Positions 52,595 through 62,199 of a stretch of 64,000 bases of DNA are shown one piece after another. A program made the translations under genes and the position numbers. The notes under the pieces were generated by a model. It worked only from the letters and a program-made list of their open reading frames with translations. It had not been told where the DNA came from and made no database searches. Positions within the stretch are counted from its first letter, which is position 1, and each line of letters opens with the position of its first letter. The stretch is from NCBI GenBank assembly GCA_038869515.1, contig JAWCQZ010000008.1:12633-76632 (forward strand). The letters are read 5' to 3'. The stretch comes from Halobacteria archaeon. GTDB lineage: Archaea; Halobacteriota; Syntropharchaeia; JACQPP01.

Positions 52595-53198
52595 ACCCCT
52601 GGAGGGGGGGGCTCCGCCCCCCCCGCCGTTCCGGTCCACTCCGGGGGGGTCGCCTCCAGGACTCCCCCCGAGGCCGAGACGGACGGTCGGCTCAATGGCC
52701 GTCGCGGCGGCTCTGGCGGCGGGGATTGCATTGGGCCTGCTGCTCGCCCCCTCTCCCCCGCAGGCCCTCTCCCTCCAGAGCGAGTTCCAGGGGCGCCTCA
52801 AGGCGGCCCTCGACCTGGTGGACTACGCCCCCGTGAACGTCACCACCTCCGAGCTCGGCATCCACCTCACCTCGGGCTGCCTCCGCCTCACCCTCGCGGC
52901 CCTCCCGGCCCAGACCCAGTCGGTCGCCAACGGCCTCGCCGGGAGGATTGACGTCCGGCCCAACGCCCACGACCTGATGGCGGAGATGCTCCGCGCATTC
53001 AACACCACCCTCCTCCAGATCCGGGTGGAGCGGCTCGCCGGGGACGTCTACTACGGCCGGCTGAACCTCCAGCAGGGCTCCACCATCCTCAGCCTCGACG
53101 CCCGGCCGAGCGACGCCATCGCCTTGGCGGTCCGGCTCAACGGGACGGTCCACGTGAACTCGACCCTGCTGCAGAAGGAGGGGCGGGGAGTCTGCTGA
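52587..53198 (+). CDS. membrane-anchored bifunctional nuclease (DUF151/BFN) domain protein
   Basis: RPNAHDL, YYGRL, LDARPSDAIALA; N-terminal TM. Confidence 0.85.
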   Translation: MSEPLEGGAPPPPPFRSTPGGSPPGLPPRPRRTVGSMAVAAALAAGIALGLLLAPSPPQALSLQSEFQGRLKAALDLVDYAPVNVTTSELGIHLTSGCLRLTLAALPAQTQSVANGLAGRIDVRPNAHDLMAEMLRAFNTTLLQIRVERLAGDVYYGRLNLQQGSTILSLDARPSDAIALAVRLNGTVHVNSTLLQKEGRGVC

Positions 53199-53222
53199 GG
53201 CGCGCCCGGAGGGGCGCCGGCC

Positions 53223-54467
53223 CTACCCCGACCCAGTCTCGTCCTTCAGCAACTCCCGAGCGATGGTGAGCTCCTGGATTTCGTCGGTCCCGCCCCCTAG
53301 GGCGAGGAGCCGGACGTCCCGGTAGAGCTTCTCGACGGGGTATTCCGAGAGGAAGCCGTAGCCGCCGAAGATCTGGATCGCCTCCCGGCAGACGTCCTCG
53401 GCAGCCTTGCCGCAGTAGAGCTTGGCGGCGCAGGCGTCCTGCATGTTCCGGACGTTGTTCTTCATCATCCAGATTTGCTTCAGCATGAGGTTCTTCACGT
53501 TCTCCCGGTGCATGTACATGAAGGCCAGTTTCTTCTGGACCATCTGGTACTCCGCGATGGGGCGGCCGAACTGGACCCGCTCCTTCGAGTACTTCACGCA
53601 CTCGTCGATGCACCGCTCGATGACCCCGAGGGCCATGGCGGGGGCGCCGGAGCGCTCGCCCTCGAGGATGGAGATGGCCTGGATCCGGCTCGGGTCCTTC
53701 TCCTTCCCCCCGAGCAGGTGGTCCTTGGTCACGGTGACCTCGTTCATGTAGATGGCGCCGGTGGGGCTGGTCCGCATCCCCATCTTCTTGAAGGGCTTGC
53801 TGGTCTCCAATCCGTCCATCCCGCGCTCCAGGATGAAGCCGTGGACCTTCCGCTGGGCAGGGTCGCTGCCCGGGTGGTCGATGCGGGCGTAAACGACGAA
53901 GGTGTCGGCGTAGGGGGCGTTTGTCACGAGCGTCTTCTGGCCCGTGAGGACGTATTTGTCCCCCTGGACCTTCGCCACCGACTTCAGGCCGAAGGCGTTG
54001 CTCCCGCTGTCGGGCTCGGTGAGCCCCCAGGCGCCGATTTTGTCGAGGAGGAGAACCGGAAGGGCGTATTTCTCTTTCTGAACCATGGTGCCCTTCGCCA
54101 TAATGGTCCGGCCGCAGAGGCCGAGGGAGGCGCCGAGGGAGAGGGCGAGGCCGGGGTCGATGCGGGAGATTTCCACGAAAAGGAGGAGAAAGAGGGTCGG
54201 GTCCTGGGCGGTGCCCCCGCTGAAGAGGTCCGCCTCGGGGGCCCCCTCCATCGTGTCGCTCCCCTGCTCCTTCAGTTTCTTGCGGCGCGACTCCCACCCC
54301 GACTTGATCATCGAGGCGATGCCGAAGGTCTTCCAGATTTTGCGCATCGCCTCGTAGGTGAGGCGGTCGTCCTCCTCCATCTTCGGGACCATGGGCTGGA
54401 TCTCCTTCGCGAGGTAGGAGCGGAACATCTGGCGCGCCGCAAGTTGCTCCTTGGTGAAGTCGAACAC
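53223..54467 (-). CDS. acyl-CoA dehydrogenase family protein
   Basis: WGLTEPDSGS, GQKTLVTNAP, RVQFGRPIAEYQ, IFGGYG, GGTDEIQ. Confidence 0.93.
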   Translation of the reverse strand: MFDFTKEQLAARQMFRSYLAKEIQPMVPKMEEDDRLTYEAMRKIWKTFGIASMIKSGWESRRKKLKEQGSDTMEGAPEADLFSGGTAQDPTLFLLLFVEISRIDPGLALSLGASLGLCGRTIMAKGTMVQKEKYALPVLLLDKIGAWGLTEPDSGSNAFGLKSVAKVQGDKYVLTGQKTLVTNAPYADTFVVYARIDHPGSDPAQRKVHGFILERGMDGLETSKPFKKMGMRTSPTGAIYMNEVTVTKDHLLGGKEKDPSRIQAISILEGERSGAPAMALGVIERCIDECVKYSKERVQFGRPIAEYQMVQKKLAFMYMHRENVKNLMLKQIWMMKNNVRNMQDACAAKLYCGKAAEDVCREAIQIFGGYGFLSEYPVEKLYRDVRLLALGGGTDEIQELTIARELLKDETGSG

Positions 54468-54531
54468 GATGGGGGTGTGGGGGCACCGCCCTTTTAAAAC
54501 TTCTCCGGGGGCGCGGAAAGCGCTTCAAACT

Positions 54532-54568
54532 TGTTTCGGCCGAGAAACCTGCTTTCGGGGCAGAAACA
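54532..54568. promoter_or_regulatory. tandem palindromic candidate operator (G/C)TTTC-N6-GAAAC
   Basis: GTTTCggccgaGAAAC (54533-54548) and CTTTCggggcaGAAAC (54552-54567) between divergent ACAD and SCP2 genes. Confidence 0.5.
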
Positions 54569-54606
54569 TGGAAATTTTCTTATGCCCGGGGAGGGCAGGA
54601 CAGGCC

Positions 54607-55020
54607 ATGGGCGCCCTCGACGACGTCCGGGCCAAGTTCCAGGCGGGGAGCGCCCGCCCGGAGGACCTCGGGCTCCTCTTCAAGGCGATAGAGGAGCTGG
54701 CCTCCCGGGACCCCGACGTCCAGGCCGAACTCAACGGCGTGAGGGACGTCACCGTCAACTTCGTGGTGGAGAAGACCGACCTCAAGACCTACCTGAGAAT
54801 CGCCAACCACCGGCTCCAGTTCGGCGTCGGGACCGCCCCCAACCCCGACGTCACCCTCTCGGTGAGCGCCGAAGTGGCGGCCTACCTGGCGGCGGCCAAC
54901 ATGGACAAGGTCCGGGAGGCGGTCTTCGCCGGAGGGTTCAACGTTGTGAGCGGGGACATCAACAAGTCCATGGCCCTCCTGCCCATCTTTGAAATGGTCG
55001 TGGAGAAACTGCAGGCCTGA
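54607..55020 (+). CDS. SCP2 sterol/lipid-binding domain protein
   Basis: VNFVV..YLRI...GTAPNPDVTLSV, VVSGDINKSM. Confidence 0.8.
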   Translation: MGALDDVRAKFQAGSARPEDLGLLFKAIEELASRDPDVQAELNGVRDVTVNFVVEKTDLKTYLRIANHRLQFGVGTAPNPDVTLSVSAEVAAYLAAANMDKVREAVFAGGFNVVSGDINKSMALLPIFEMVVEKLQA

Positions 55021-55122
55021 TGCGGGGGGCCGGTCAGGTCCTCCGGCGGCCCGCGGCGGCGGAGAGGATTCCCCGGTTCGGCCGCCTCTCGTGCATCCGT
55101 CCCCTCGGGAGTCGGCCTTCCG

Positions 55123-55767
55123 TCACATCCGGACCTTGACGGCGAAGCCCACTCCGTCCCGCACCGGGAGGAGGGTCATCCGGAACCGGGGGTCGCGAAG
55201 CATCTGGCCGGTGAACGCCCGGATGGCACGGGTCTCCGGGCTCCGGTCCCCCGTCGCCACGAGTCCCGACCAGAGCAGGTTGTCCACCAGGAGGAGGGCG
55301 CCGGGCTTCATGCGGGGCGCGAAGTTGCGGCGGGCGTCGGGGTATCCCTCCTTGTCGATGTCCATGAAGAGGATGTCCGCCCGCTCCACCGGGAGCGCGT
55401 CCAGGAGGTCGAGGGCGTCTCCGACATGGAATTTGAACCGCCTTCCGAAGCCCATCCGGCCCAGGCAATCCCGCGCCATCTCCGCGTGGTTCTCCGAGGC
55501 GTCGGTGAGGTGGATGGCCCCCCTCGGGCCCATGCCGCGCAGGAACCACGCCGCGGAGTATCCGAACCCGGAGCCGAGTTCAACGACGAGACGGGCCCGG
55601 ACAGCGCGAGCCGCGAGTTCGAGAAACCGCCCCACCTGGGGGCCCACGATGGGGAAGTCGAATCTGCGCGCGTAGGACTCCATCTCCCGGAGGACCGGGT
55701 GAGGGCTCGGGAGGCGCCGGGCCAGGTAGTCCTCGACGCGGGGAGTGTGGATTCCGGTGACCGCCAC
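55123..55767 (-). CDS. SAM-dependent O-methyltransferase (caffeoyl-CoA OMT-like)
   Basis: ELGSGFGYS, FMDIDKEGY, VDNLLWSG, PVRDG. Confidence 0.9.
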   Translation of the reverse strand: MAVTGIHTPRVEDYLARRLPSPHPVLREMESYARRFDFPIVGPQVGRFLELAARAVRARLVVELGSGFGYSAAWFLRGMGPRGAIHLTDASENHAEMARDCLGRMGFGRRFKFHVGDALDLLDALPVERADILFMDIDKEGYPDARRNFAPRMKPGALLLVDNLLWSGLVATGDRSPETRAIRAFTGQMLRDPRFRMTLLPVRDGVGFAVKVRM

Positions 55768-55770
55768 TCC

Positions 55771-56247
55771 TCAGACCATCCAACCGGGTTTCCGCTTCCT
55801 CAGCCAGCCGTCCACGCTGAGGAGGTAGCACCCCGTGAGGCCCAGGGAGAGGGCCGCGCCGAGGGTGGTGAGGTCCTTGAGGATCCCCACCTGCCACCGG
55901 GGGACTCCGAAGAGGGAGACGATGAGGACCATCTCCACCGCCACAAGGGCGCAGGCGTAGCGGGTGAACGCGCCGAAGAGGAGGAGGAGCCCGAGGGCCG
56001 CCTCGCCGATGCCGAACACGTAGAGCGTGAGCGCCTGGGCGGTCGGCTCGGAGAGGCCGGGGACCGCCTGCTGCAGGAGCTGGAATCCCGCGCGGCCGCC
56101 GCTGGCCAGTTTCGAGTGTCCCTCGATGAGGAAGAGAGCAGCGAGGCCGAACCGGAGGGGGAGAGTCGAGAGCCGTTCGCCTTTCCGGACCACTTCCCAG
56201 CCCCACCGGAAGAGAGGCCGAGGGTCCACCGGGGACTGGAGGGGCAT
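55771..56247 (-). CDS. DoxX family membrane protein
   Basis: LRFGLAALFLIEGHSKL, GEAALGLLLLFGAFTR, LSVD. Confidence 0.85.
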   Translation of the reverse strand: MPLQSPVDPRPLFRWGWEVVRKGERLSTLPLRFGLAALFLIEGHSKLASGGRAGFQLLQQAVPGLSEPTAQALTLYVFGIGEAALGLLLLFGAFTRYACALVAVEMVLIVSLFGVPRWQVGILKDLTTLGAALSLGLTGCYLLSVDGWLRKRKPGWMV

Positions 56248-56299
56248 GGCAGTTCAGGTTCCCTCCGTCCATGGCTCGCTAAAACGTTGTCGACAGGGG

Positions 56300-57619
56300 T
56301 CAGCGGGAGACCTTCCCCGTCCCCCGGCCGGTGAGGCGCGCGAGATAGTCGGCGAGCCCCTTGTAGATGAGGTCCACCCGCTGGGGGAGGGTCGTCTCGG
56401 TGCTCAGGACGAGGGCCTGGGGGTCCACCTTGGCCAGGGCGCGGGTGATTTCGAGGTTCTTGGCCGCGAAGGTGGCGTGGTACATCTGCTGGAGGTCGGG
56501 GTCGTGGGTGTCCACCAGCCAGGTGCGGCCCGTCTCGGGGTGCTGGAACCCCATGAGCCCCATGTCGGGGAGCGTGTCGTCAATCGGGTCGGTGACTCGG
56601 AAGTTGACGATCCAGCGGTTGCCCTTCTTGAGGTCGCGGATGACCTCCGCGAGGGCGTTCCATCCCCCGCTCCACTCCTCGACGTGCTGGAACGGGGAGA
56701 GGACGATGACGATGGAGCGGGGCGTGATGCGGTTCACCGCCACCATCTGGGAGATGGCCTTGGGGAGGTCGCTCCGGCCCCGGGGGTAGTACTTGTTGAG
56801 TTTGTAGAGGATGTCGTAGAAGTGGTTCTTCCCGTTGCTCGGGTCGATGATGTAGCCGGCGCTGTCGGTCAGGAAGCCGATGCCGAGGAGGTCCTCGTTG
56901 ACGGTGGTGAGGCAGCCGATGAGGGCGGCGGTCTCGGCCATGACGTTCCACTTCCGGTCCACGATGCCCTCCCACGATTGGGCCGAGGCGTCGAGGAGGA
57001 CCCAGAAGGTCCGGGCGTCGGGGGGCGGGGGCCGCGTCAGAATCTTGCCACCGCGGGCGCTCTGCTTCCAGTCGATGAGCCGGGCGTCGTCTCCCGCCTC
57101 CATGACCTTGCGGTCGTAGGGGTCGCTGCCCTTCAGCATCTGGAAGAGCAGCTCCATGGAGCCCGAGCGCGCCATGCTGTCGGTGGAGCGGACCCCGAAG
57201 AGGTAGTCCTCCACGATGCGCTGGAGCCGCTTCTTCAGGCGGGCCTCCACCAGGGAGGTGGTGTCGAAGGAGGAGCCGGTGAGGGAGAAGAGGCCCTTGA
57301 AGCGCTCCCGCCCCCCCTTCGGCGCGGGGGCCGGGGGGGCGCCGGGAGGGGAACGGGAAGGAGGGGCGCCGCGCGGAGGGGGGAGCCGTCCGCCCGGAGG
57401 GGGGGGCGCGGTCCGGCCGGGGGAGGGGGCGGGCCGCCCCGGAACGGCCCCGGGCCGGGGAGCGGCGGGGGCGGGCCGGGGGGGAGCCATCAGCGGCGGC
57501 CGGGAAGAGGCGACGCCGCCCTTTTCCCGAATCGCCGCGCGGACGTAGGCGGGCGGGACCGCGGGTTGGCCCTGCGCCGGGGGCTGGGGCTTGGGGGGCG
57601 GTTTGGACGCCTCGGCCAT
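56300..57619 (-). CDS. DUF58 domain (VWA-like) protein with Pro-rich N-terminus
   Basis: AGDDARLIDWKQSAR, VLLDAS, IVIVLS, VTDP..TLPDMG..HPETG. Confidence 0.82.
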   Translation of the reverse strand: MAEASKPPPKPQPPAQGQPAVPPAYVRAAIREKGGVASSRPPLMAPPRPAPAAPRPGAVPGRPAPSPGRTAPPPPGGRLPPPRGAPPSRSPPGAPPAPAPKGGRERFKGLFSLTGSSFDTTSLVEARLKKRLQRIVEDYLFGVRSTDSMARSGSMELLFQMLKGSDPYDRKVMEAGDDARLIDWKQSARGGKILTRPPPPDARTFWVLLDASAQSWEGIVDRKWNVMAETAALIGCLTTVNEDLLGIGFLTDSAGYIIDPSNGKNHFYDILYKLNKYYPRGRSDLPKAISQMVAVNRITPRSIVIVLSPFQHVEEWSGGWNALAEVIRDLKKGNRWIVNFRVTDPIDDTLPDMGLMGFQHPETGRTWLVDTHDPDLQQMYHATFAAKNLEITRALAKVDPQALVLSTETTLPQRVDLIYKGLADYLARLTGRGTGKVSR

Positions 57620-57731
57620 CAGGCGGCGTCTCCCCCCGGTGTTCCCGTCCCCACATCGTCGCGTCCCATGGGCCCTTCGACCCACTTCCTTCGGAGGAAG
57701 GATGAAGTCTCCGCGGAGGATGGGGGGCGCG

Positions 57732-59318
57732 ATGGCCTCGCCGGAGAAGCGCCCCTCTCTCTTCGGGCCCTTCCCCGAGTATCGCCTCGACCTCACCGCC
57801 CCGCTCGACCGCGCCCGCGAGAGGGAGCGGAAGGGGGACCTGGAGGAGGCCCTGCTCCTGGCGAGCCGGTTCTTCGACGAGACCGCCAAGGAGATTCTCG
57901 GGGGGAGGTCCGAGTTCGTCCCCAACGCCGCCAGCGCGGCGCGGTGCGTGGTGCGGTGCTGCGTGAAGATGGAGAGGCCGGAGCGGGCCAGGAAGTTCAT
58001 CGCCGACGCACGGTCCCGCGTCCCGCAGGAGGGTCCCGGCCCCCTCCGCCTCCGCGCCCGGCTCCGGGAGGAGGAGGCGCGCCTCCGGGAGTTCGAGGAG
58101 ACCCTCGGGGAGTTCCGGGCGCGGGCCGAGGGGTTCCGGTCCCGCGCGTCGCCATCGGTCCAGGGGCACGCCCTGCCCCTCGGCCTCTCGGCGCGCCACG
58201 CCGCGGCCGCCTGCAAGGAGATGGGCGCGGAGGCCCTCGGGGTGCGGCTCCTCGCCGAGGCGGCGCAGGGCCTCCTCGGGGCGCGCTCGACCGACCTCCG
58301 CCCCCTCGTGGCGGCGCTGGAACTCCTCGCGGCGGAGATGGACCGGCTCGGCTCGCCGGGCGAGGCGGCCCGGACGCTGGAGGCGGCCCGCCTGCGGGCG
58401 GAGTCGGCCTTGGCCCTCTTCCGGGCGGCCGGGGCTCTCTTCGGGGCGCCCGCGAGCTCCGACCCGGTGGCCCGCCTCCTGCGGCTCGAGGCGGCCCACC
58501 GGCGGAGGGGCGGGGACCGGGCGGGCGCCCGGAGATGCCTCGACGCGCTGACCCGCCTGCAGCCCGGCGAGGCGGCGGTTGAGCTCGCCCTCCTCGGAGA
58601 TGCGGGGCCGGCCCTTGACGACCTCGCATCCGCGGCGCCTCCGCCGGAGGAGGTGGTGTTCGTCCTGGAGTTCCGCGCCCGCCTCCTGCTCCGCCTCGGC
58701 CGCGAAGAGGAGGGGCGGCGGGCGGCGCGGGAGGCCCTGGGGCTCTTCCGCGCCGCGGAGCGGCCCCCCCTCGAAGACGAGTGGTACCAGCGGTGGCTGA
58801 GCCGCCTCCACCGGGCCGCGGGCGAGTACCGGCGGCTGCGGCTCCGGGAGGCTGCGGGCGAGGAGGTCGCGCCCGCCCTGGAGGCGCTCGCCTCCGACCT
58901 GGCCCGGTTCGGGCTTGAGGTCCGCGCGATGGAGCGCGGGGTGGCGGACGAGGCGGCGGGCCACATCCTCCTGCGGGCGGGGCGGCGTGAGGCGGCCTTC
59001 CACTCCTTCCACCGCGCCCTCGAGGCCTACCGGGAGGAGGAGTGGGAGGGGAGCGAGCACATCTACGAGGACGACTTCCTGATGCTCGACGCCCTCGGGA
59101 GGGAGGAGGCGCTCCTCCGGCTGACCGACCCCCGCTGGAGACATCCGCCGGAGCGGGTGGAAGCCCTCATGCGGGCCGCCTTCGACCCCGGCGAGTTCCG
59201 GAGGTTCGGCGACCACGCGGTCGAGGACTACTTCGCGGGGCTCAACCCGGGGCCCCTCGACCGCGACCCGGAGGAAGTGACCGCGGAAATCAAACTTCCC
59301 GAGGGTCCGAGGGGCTGA
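57732..59318 (+). CDS. hypothetical all-helical (TPR-like) protein
   Basis: Ala/Leu/Arg/Glu-rich helical repeats (e.g. AGHILLRAGRREAAFHSFHRAL). Confidence 0.65.
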   Translation: MASPEKRPSLFGPFPEYRLDLTAPLDRARERERKGDLEEALLLASRFFDETAKEILGGRSEFVPNAASAARCVVRCCVKMERPERARKFIADARSRVPQEGPGPLRLRARLREEEARLREFEETLGEFRARAEGFRSRASPSVQGHALPLGLSARHAAAACKEMGAEALGVRLLAEAAQGLLGARSTDLRPLVAALELLAAEMDRLGSPGEAARTLEAARLRAESALALFRAAGALFGAPASSDPVARLLRLEAAHRRRGGDRAGARRCLDALTRLQPGEAAVELALLGDAGPALDDLASAAPPPEEVVFVLEFRARLLLRLGREEEGRRAAREALGLFRAAERPPLEDEWYQRWLSRLHRAAGEYRRLRLREAAGEEVAPALEALASDLARFGLEVRAMERGVADEAAGHILLRAGRREAAFHSFHRALEAYREEEWEGSEHIYEDDFLMLDALGREEALLRLTDPRWRHPPERVEALMRAAFDPGEFRRFGDHAVEDYFAGLNPGPLDRDPEEVTAEIKLPEGPRG

Positions 59319-59853
59319 GCCGCGGCGCGTAGCGGGCCGTCAGGCCGAGGAGCCCGTAGCCGATGCCGACGAGAATCAGCAGGAACTTCGGGATGGCGCA
59401 GAGCGGGGCGAGAGGGGCCCAGGCGTAGTTCCCCTCCAGGGAGGCGAGGATGGAGAGATTCTCCACGCCGTCGAGCGCCCCGCCCGCCCACTGGAGCCAC
59501 GCGAGGGGAACCGCCGCGGAGGCGAGGGGCCAGCGGCGCGCCCGCAGGAGGTCGCCGCTCCAGAGGCAGGCGAGGGCGAGGCCGGTGGAGTAGACGACGG
59601 CGTAGAGGCAGTCGAGGCCGAGGTCGAACCCCGCCCGGGCGCGCTGCTCGGGGCCCCACGACTCGACGGCGGCGCGGGCCCGCTCCGGGTCGCCGGTGAA
59701 CTCCATCGTGAGGACTCCGAGGGGGGCCGCCGGAGTCCGGAGAGGGGCGCCGCCGGAGAAGAGCGCCAGGGTGAGGAGCGCGAAGAGGCCGAGGAGGGCG
59801 AGGAAGACCCGGAGGCGCTTCTGCGGGGGGACCGCCTGGAGGGGGTGGTTCAC
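59290..59853 (-). CDS. hypothetical membrane protein
   Basis: about 4 TM segments; LDCLYAVVY and LDGVEN motifs. Confidence 0.7.
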   Translation of the reverse strand: MNHPLQAVPPQKRLRVFLALLGLFALLTLALFSGGAPLRTPAAPLGVLTMEFTGDPERARAAVESWGPEQRARAGFDLGLDCLYAVVYSTGLALACLWSGDLLRARRWPLASAAVPLAWLQWAGGALDGVENLSILASLEGNYAWAPLAPLCAIPKFLLILVGIGYGLLGLTARYAPRLSPSDPREV

Positions 59854-59889
59854 GGGCGAAGGTTAAGGTCCCCCGGTAAAGGCTTCCCC

Positions 59890-60501
59890 ATGCCCGGGCG
59901 CCAGCGGCTGGCCTTCCTGACCTCCAACCGCCACAAGTTCCTCGAGGCGCGCGCCGCCCTCGGGCCGGAGGTGGCGCTGGAGCAGATTGCGGTCCCAAAG
60001 CCCGAGTTGCAGGCGGACGACCTCGAGACCATCGCGCGGTTCGGCGCCGGGTTTGCGGCGCGGGTCCTGGGGCGGCCGGTGGTGGTGGAGGACACCGGGC
60101 TCTTCGTCGACGCGCTGAGGGGGTTCCCGGGCCCCTACTCCAACTACGTCTTCCGCACCATCGGCAACGCCGGAGTGCTGAGACTGCTCGACGGTGCGAA
60201 GAACCGGAAGGCGCTCTTCCGGTCGGTCGTCGCCTTCGCTGTGCCGGGAGGGGAGCCGGCGACCTTCGCGGGGGAGGTGCGGGGGCGCATCGGCCTCGCT
60301 CCGCGGGGCAAGGGCGGCTTCGGGTATGACCCGGTCTTCATCTACAAGGGGCGGACGCTGGCGGAGATGTCGGTGCGGGAGAAGGGGGCCGTTTCCCACC
60401 GGGGGAGGGCGTTCCGGAGGTTCGGGACGTGGTGGACTGTCGCCGGGAGGAGGAGAGGAGCTACGCTCCCCTCCCCCTTCCGGGACTCCGCCACGGTTTA
60501 G
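59890..60501 (+). CDS. rdgB: RdgB/HAM1 non-canonical purine NTP pyrophosphatase
   Basis: TSNRHK, EDTGL, GFPGPYS, GFGYDPVF, SHRGRA. Confidence 0.95.
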   Translation: MPGRQRLAFLTSNRHKFLEARAALGPEVALEQIAVPKPELQADDLETIARFGAGFAARVLGRPVVVEDTGLFVDALRGFPGPYSNYVFRTIGNAGVLRLLDGAKNRKALFRSVVAFAVPGGEPATFAGEVRGRIGLAPRGKGGFGYDPVFIYKGRTLAEMSVREKGAVSHRGRAFRRFGTWWTVAGRRRGATLPSPFRDSATV

Positions 60502-60599
60502 GACCCCCTGGCACAGAAGGGGCAGGAGCGTGCCGGTTTTGCGCCTATCCGTCCCCTCATCCGGAGGATGGGGGGCCGGGGGTTGATGGTGCTGGGGGC

Positions 60600-61529
60600 T
60601 TAAGAGGCGGAGAAATTCATCCTAGAGGATGGTGGGGACCCCGCCAGCCAGAACATCCGCTGGACCTGCTCCTCGATATTCGGGAACATGTCGGGGCAGT
60701 GGCCGTGGCAGGTCCCGTTGAAGACGTAGAAGAACTTGGGCTCACGGGCCCGGTCGAAGAGGGCGCGACCCTGCTCGACAGGCACGATGGAGTCCTCCCG
60801 GGAGTGGAAGAACGCCACCGGCCGCCCGGAAATGCGGGCCACGGCGGAGCTCGGGTCCAGGTCGGGCCCCAGACGGGAGTCGGGGAAGCCGCTGAACGCG
60901 AGGACCCCCTTGAAGCGGGGCTCCGCTCCCGCGGCCACCAGGGCGGCGTTGGCGCCGATGGAGTCCCCCGACACGGCGATCGCCTCGGGGTCGAGGGCGG
61001 CGCGGAGGCTCCCCGGAAGGGGGGCCCGGAGGTGGTCGAATCCGCGGAGGAGGTCCCAAATCCATGTCCGGGCCTTCTCCGGGGTGATCTCCGCGTCTCC
61101 GCCCCGCTTCTCGACGCTGAGTGTGGCGACCCCGAGGGAGCCGAGGAACCGGGCCAGGTTCCGGGCCCCCTCCGCGTCAACGGTCCTCCCGGTCATGTGG
61201 ACCACCGCGGGCGTCAGGGCGGTGGCGTTGGTCCGGTTCGGGAGCCAGAGCACGGCCCGGGCCGTCCCGCCCAGGCTCGGGTAGGTGATGCGAGACTCGG
61301 TCAGGTTGCCGAGGTCGGTCTGCCCCTCCAGGAATGTCCCGATGGAGCCCCGGTCCCGGGACCATGAGGAGGCGTCCGCCGATGGGGCGGGGAGGGCCAG
61401 GAGGAGTCCGATCCCGACCAGAACGACGGCGGCGACCGCGAGCATCCAGCGGGGCATCCGGCGGGCGGCGGGAGCGGCCCTCCCGGGGCCCTTCTGGCCC
61501 CGGCCCTTGATCTCCTTAGTTCGACCCAT
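60600..61529 (-). CDS. membrane-anchored alpha/beta hydrolase
   Basis: TM, nucleophile motif GDSIG, HSREDSIVP, CHGH. Confidence 0.8.
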   Translation of the reverse strand: MGRTKEIKGRGQKGPGRAAPAARRMPRWMLAVAAVVLVGIGLLLALPAPSADASSWSRDRGSIGTFLEGQTDLGNLTESRITYPSLGGTARAVLWLPNRTNATALTPAVVHMTGRTVDAEGARNLARFLGSLGVATLSVEKRGGDAEITPEKARTWIWDLLRGFDHLRAPLPGSLRAALDPEAIAVSGDSIGANAALVAAGAEPRFKGVLAFSGFPDSRLGPDLDPSSAVARISGRPVAFFHSREDSIVPVEQGRALFDRAREPKFFYVFNGTCHGHCPDMFPNIEEQVQRMFWLAGSPPSSRMNFSAS

Positions 61530-62199
61530 CGCACGCCCTCCGGACGACGGCCGCCAGGCGGCGGAAGGAGCGGTCGGGGACGCCGGCCCGGGCCACCCGG
61601 GCGACCTCGGGGTTCCGGCCGAATGCGATGGAGAGGCCGGCCGCCCGCAGCATGGGGATGTCGTTCGCCCCGTCGCCCACCGCGATGGTGCGGGCCAGGT
61701 CGGTCCCGGTCCGGCGCGCGAGGTCCCGGAGGGCCCGGGCCTTGGCCCCCGGGGTCTGGAGGGGACCCCGAACCCGCCCGGTCAGGCGGCCCTTCCGGAC
61801 CTCCAAGGTATTTGCGGCCACATCGGTGATGCCGAGGCGATGGGCGATGGGGTCGGCCACCTCGTGGAAGCCGCCGGTCACGAGAGCTACCGAGAGGCCC
61901 CGGCGGCGGAACTCCCGGATAACGTCTGCAGCCCCGGGCCGCGGGCGGAGGCCGCGCGCCAGCCGCGCCACCTCCCGGGCCTCCATCCCCCGGAGGAGGG
62001 CGACCCGGCGGGTCAGAGCCCCCCGGAAATCGATTTCTCCGGCCATCGCCCGAGCGGTGATGCGCGCCACCTCGGGACCGCAGCCGCGGGCCCTCGCCAG
62101 GACGACGAGCGTCTCCACCGGGACGAGGGTCATGTCCATGTCGAGGGCGATGAGGGAGTATCGGGGGCTCAAGCCGGCCTCGCGGGTTTTGACATCCAT
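61516..62199 (-). CDS. serB: phosphoserine phosphatase SerB
   Basis: DMDMTLV, TARAMAGEIDF, TGGF, VGDGANDIPM. Confidence 0.93.
   Translation of the reverse strand: MDVKTREAGLSPRYSLIALDMDMTLVPVETLVVLARARGCGPEVARITARAMAGEIDFRGALTRRVALLRGMEAREVARLARGLRPRPGAADVIREFRRRGLSVALVTGGFHEVADPIAHRLGITDVAANTLEVRKGRLTGRVRGPLQTPGAKARALRDLARRTGTDLARTIAVGDGANDIPMLRAAGLSIAFGRNPEVARVARAGVPDRSFRRLAAVVRRACDGSN

Noticed and set aside
57310..57610. G-run-rich stretch considered as a G-quadruplex or repeat element
   Set aside because: It is the antisense of the Pro-rich N-terminus of the DUF58 protein
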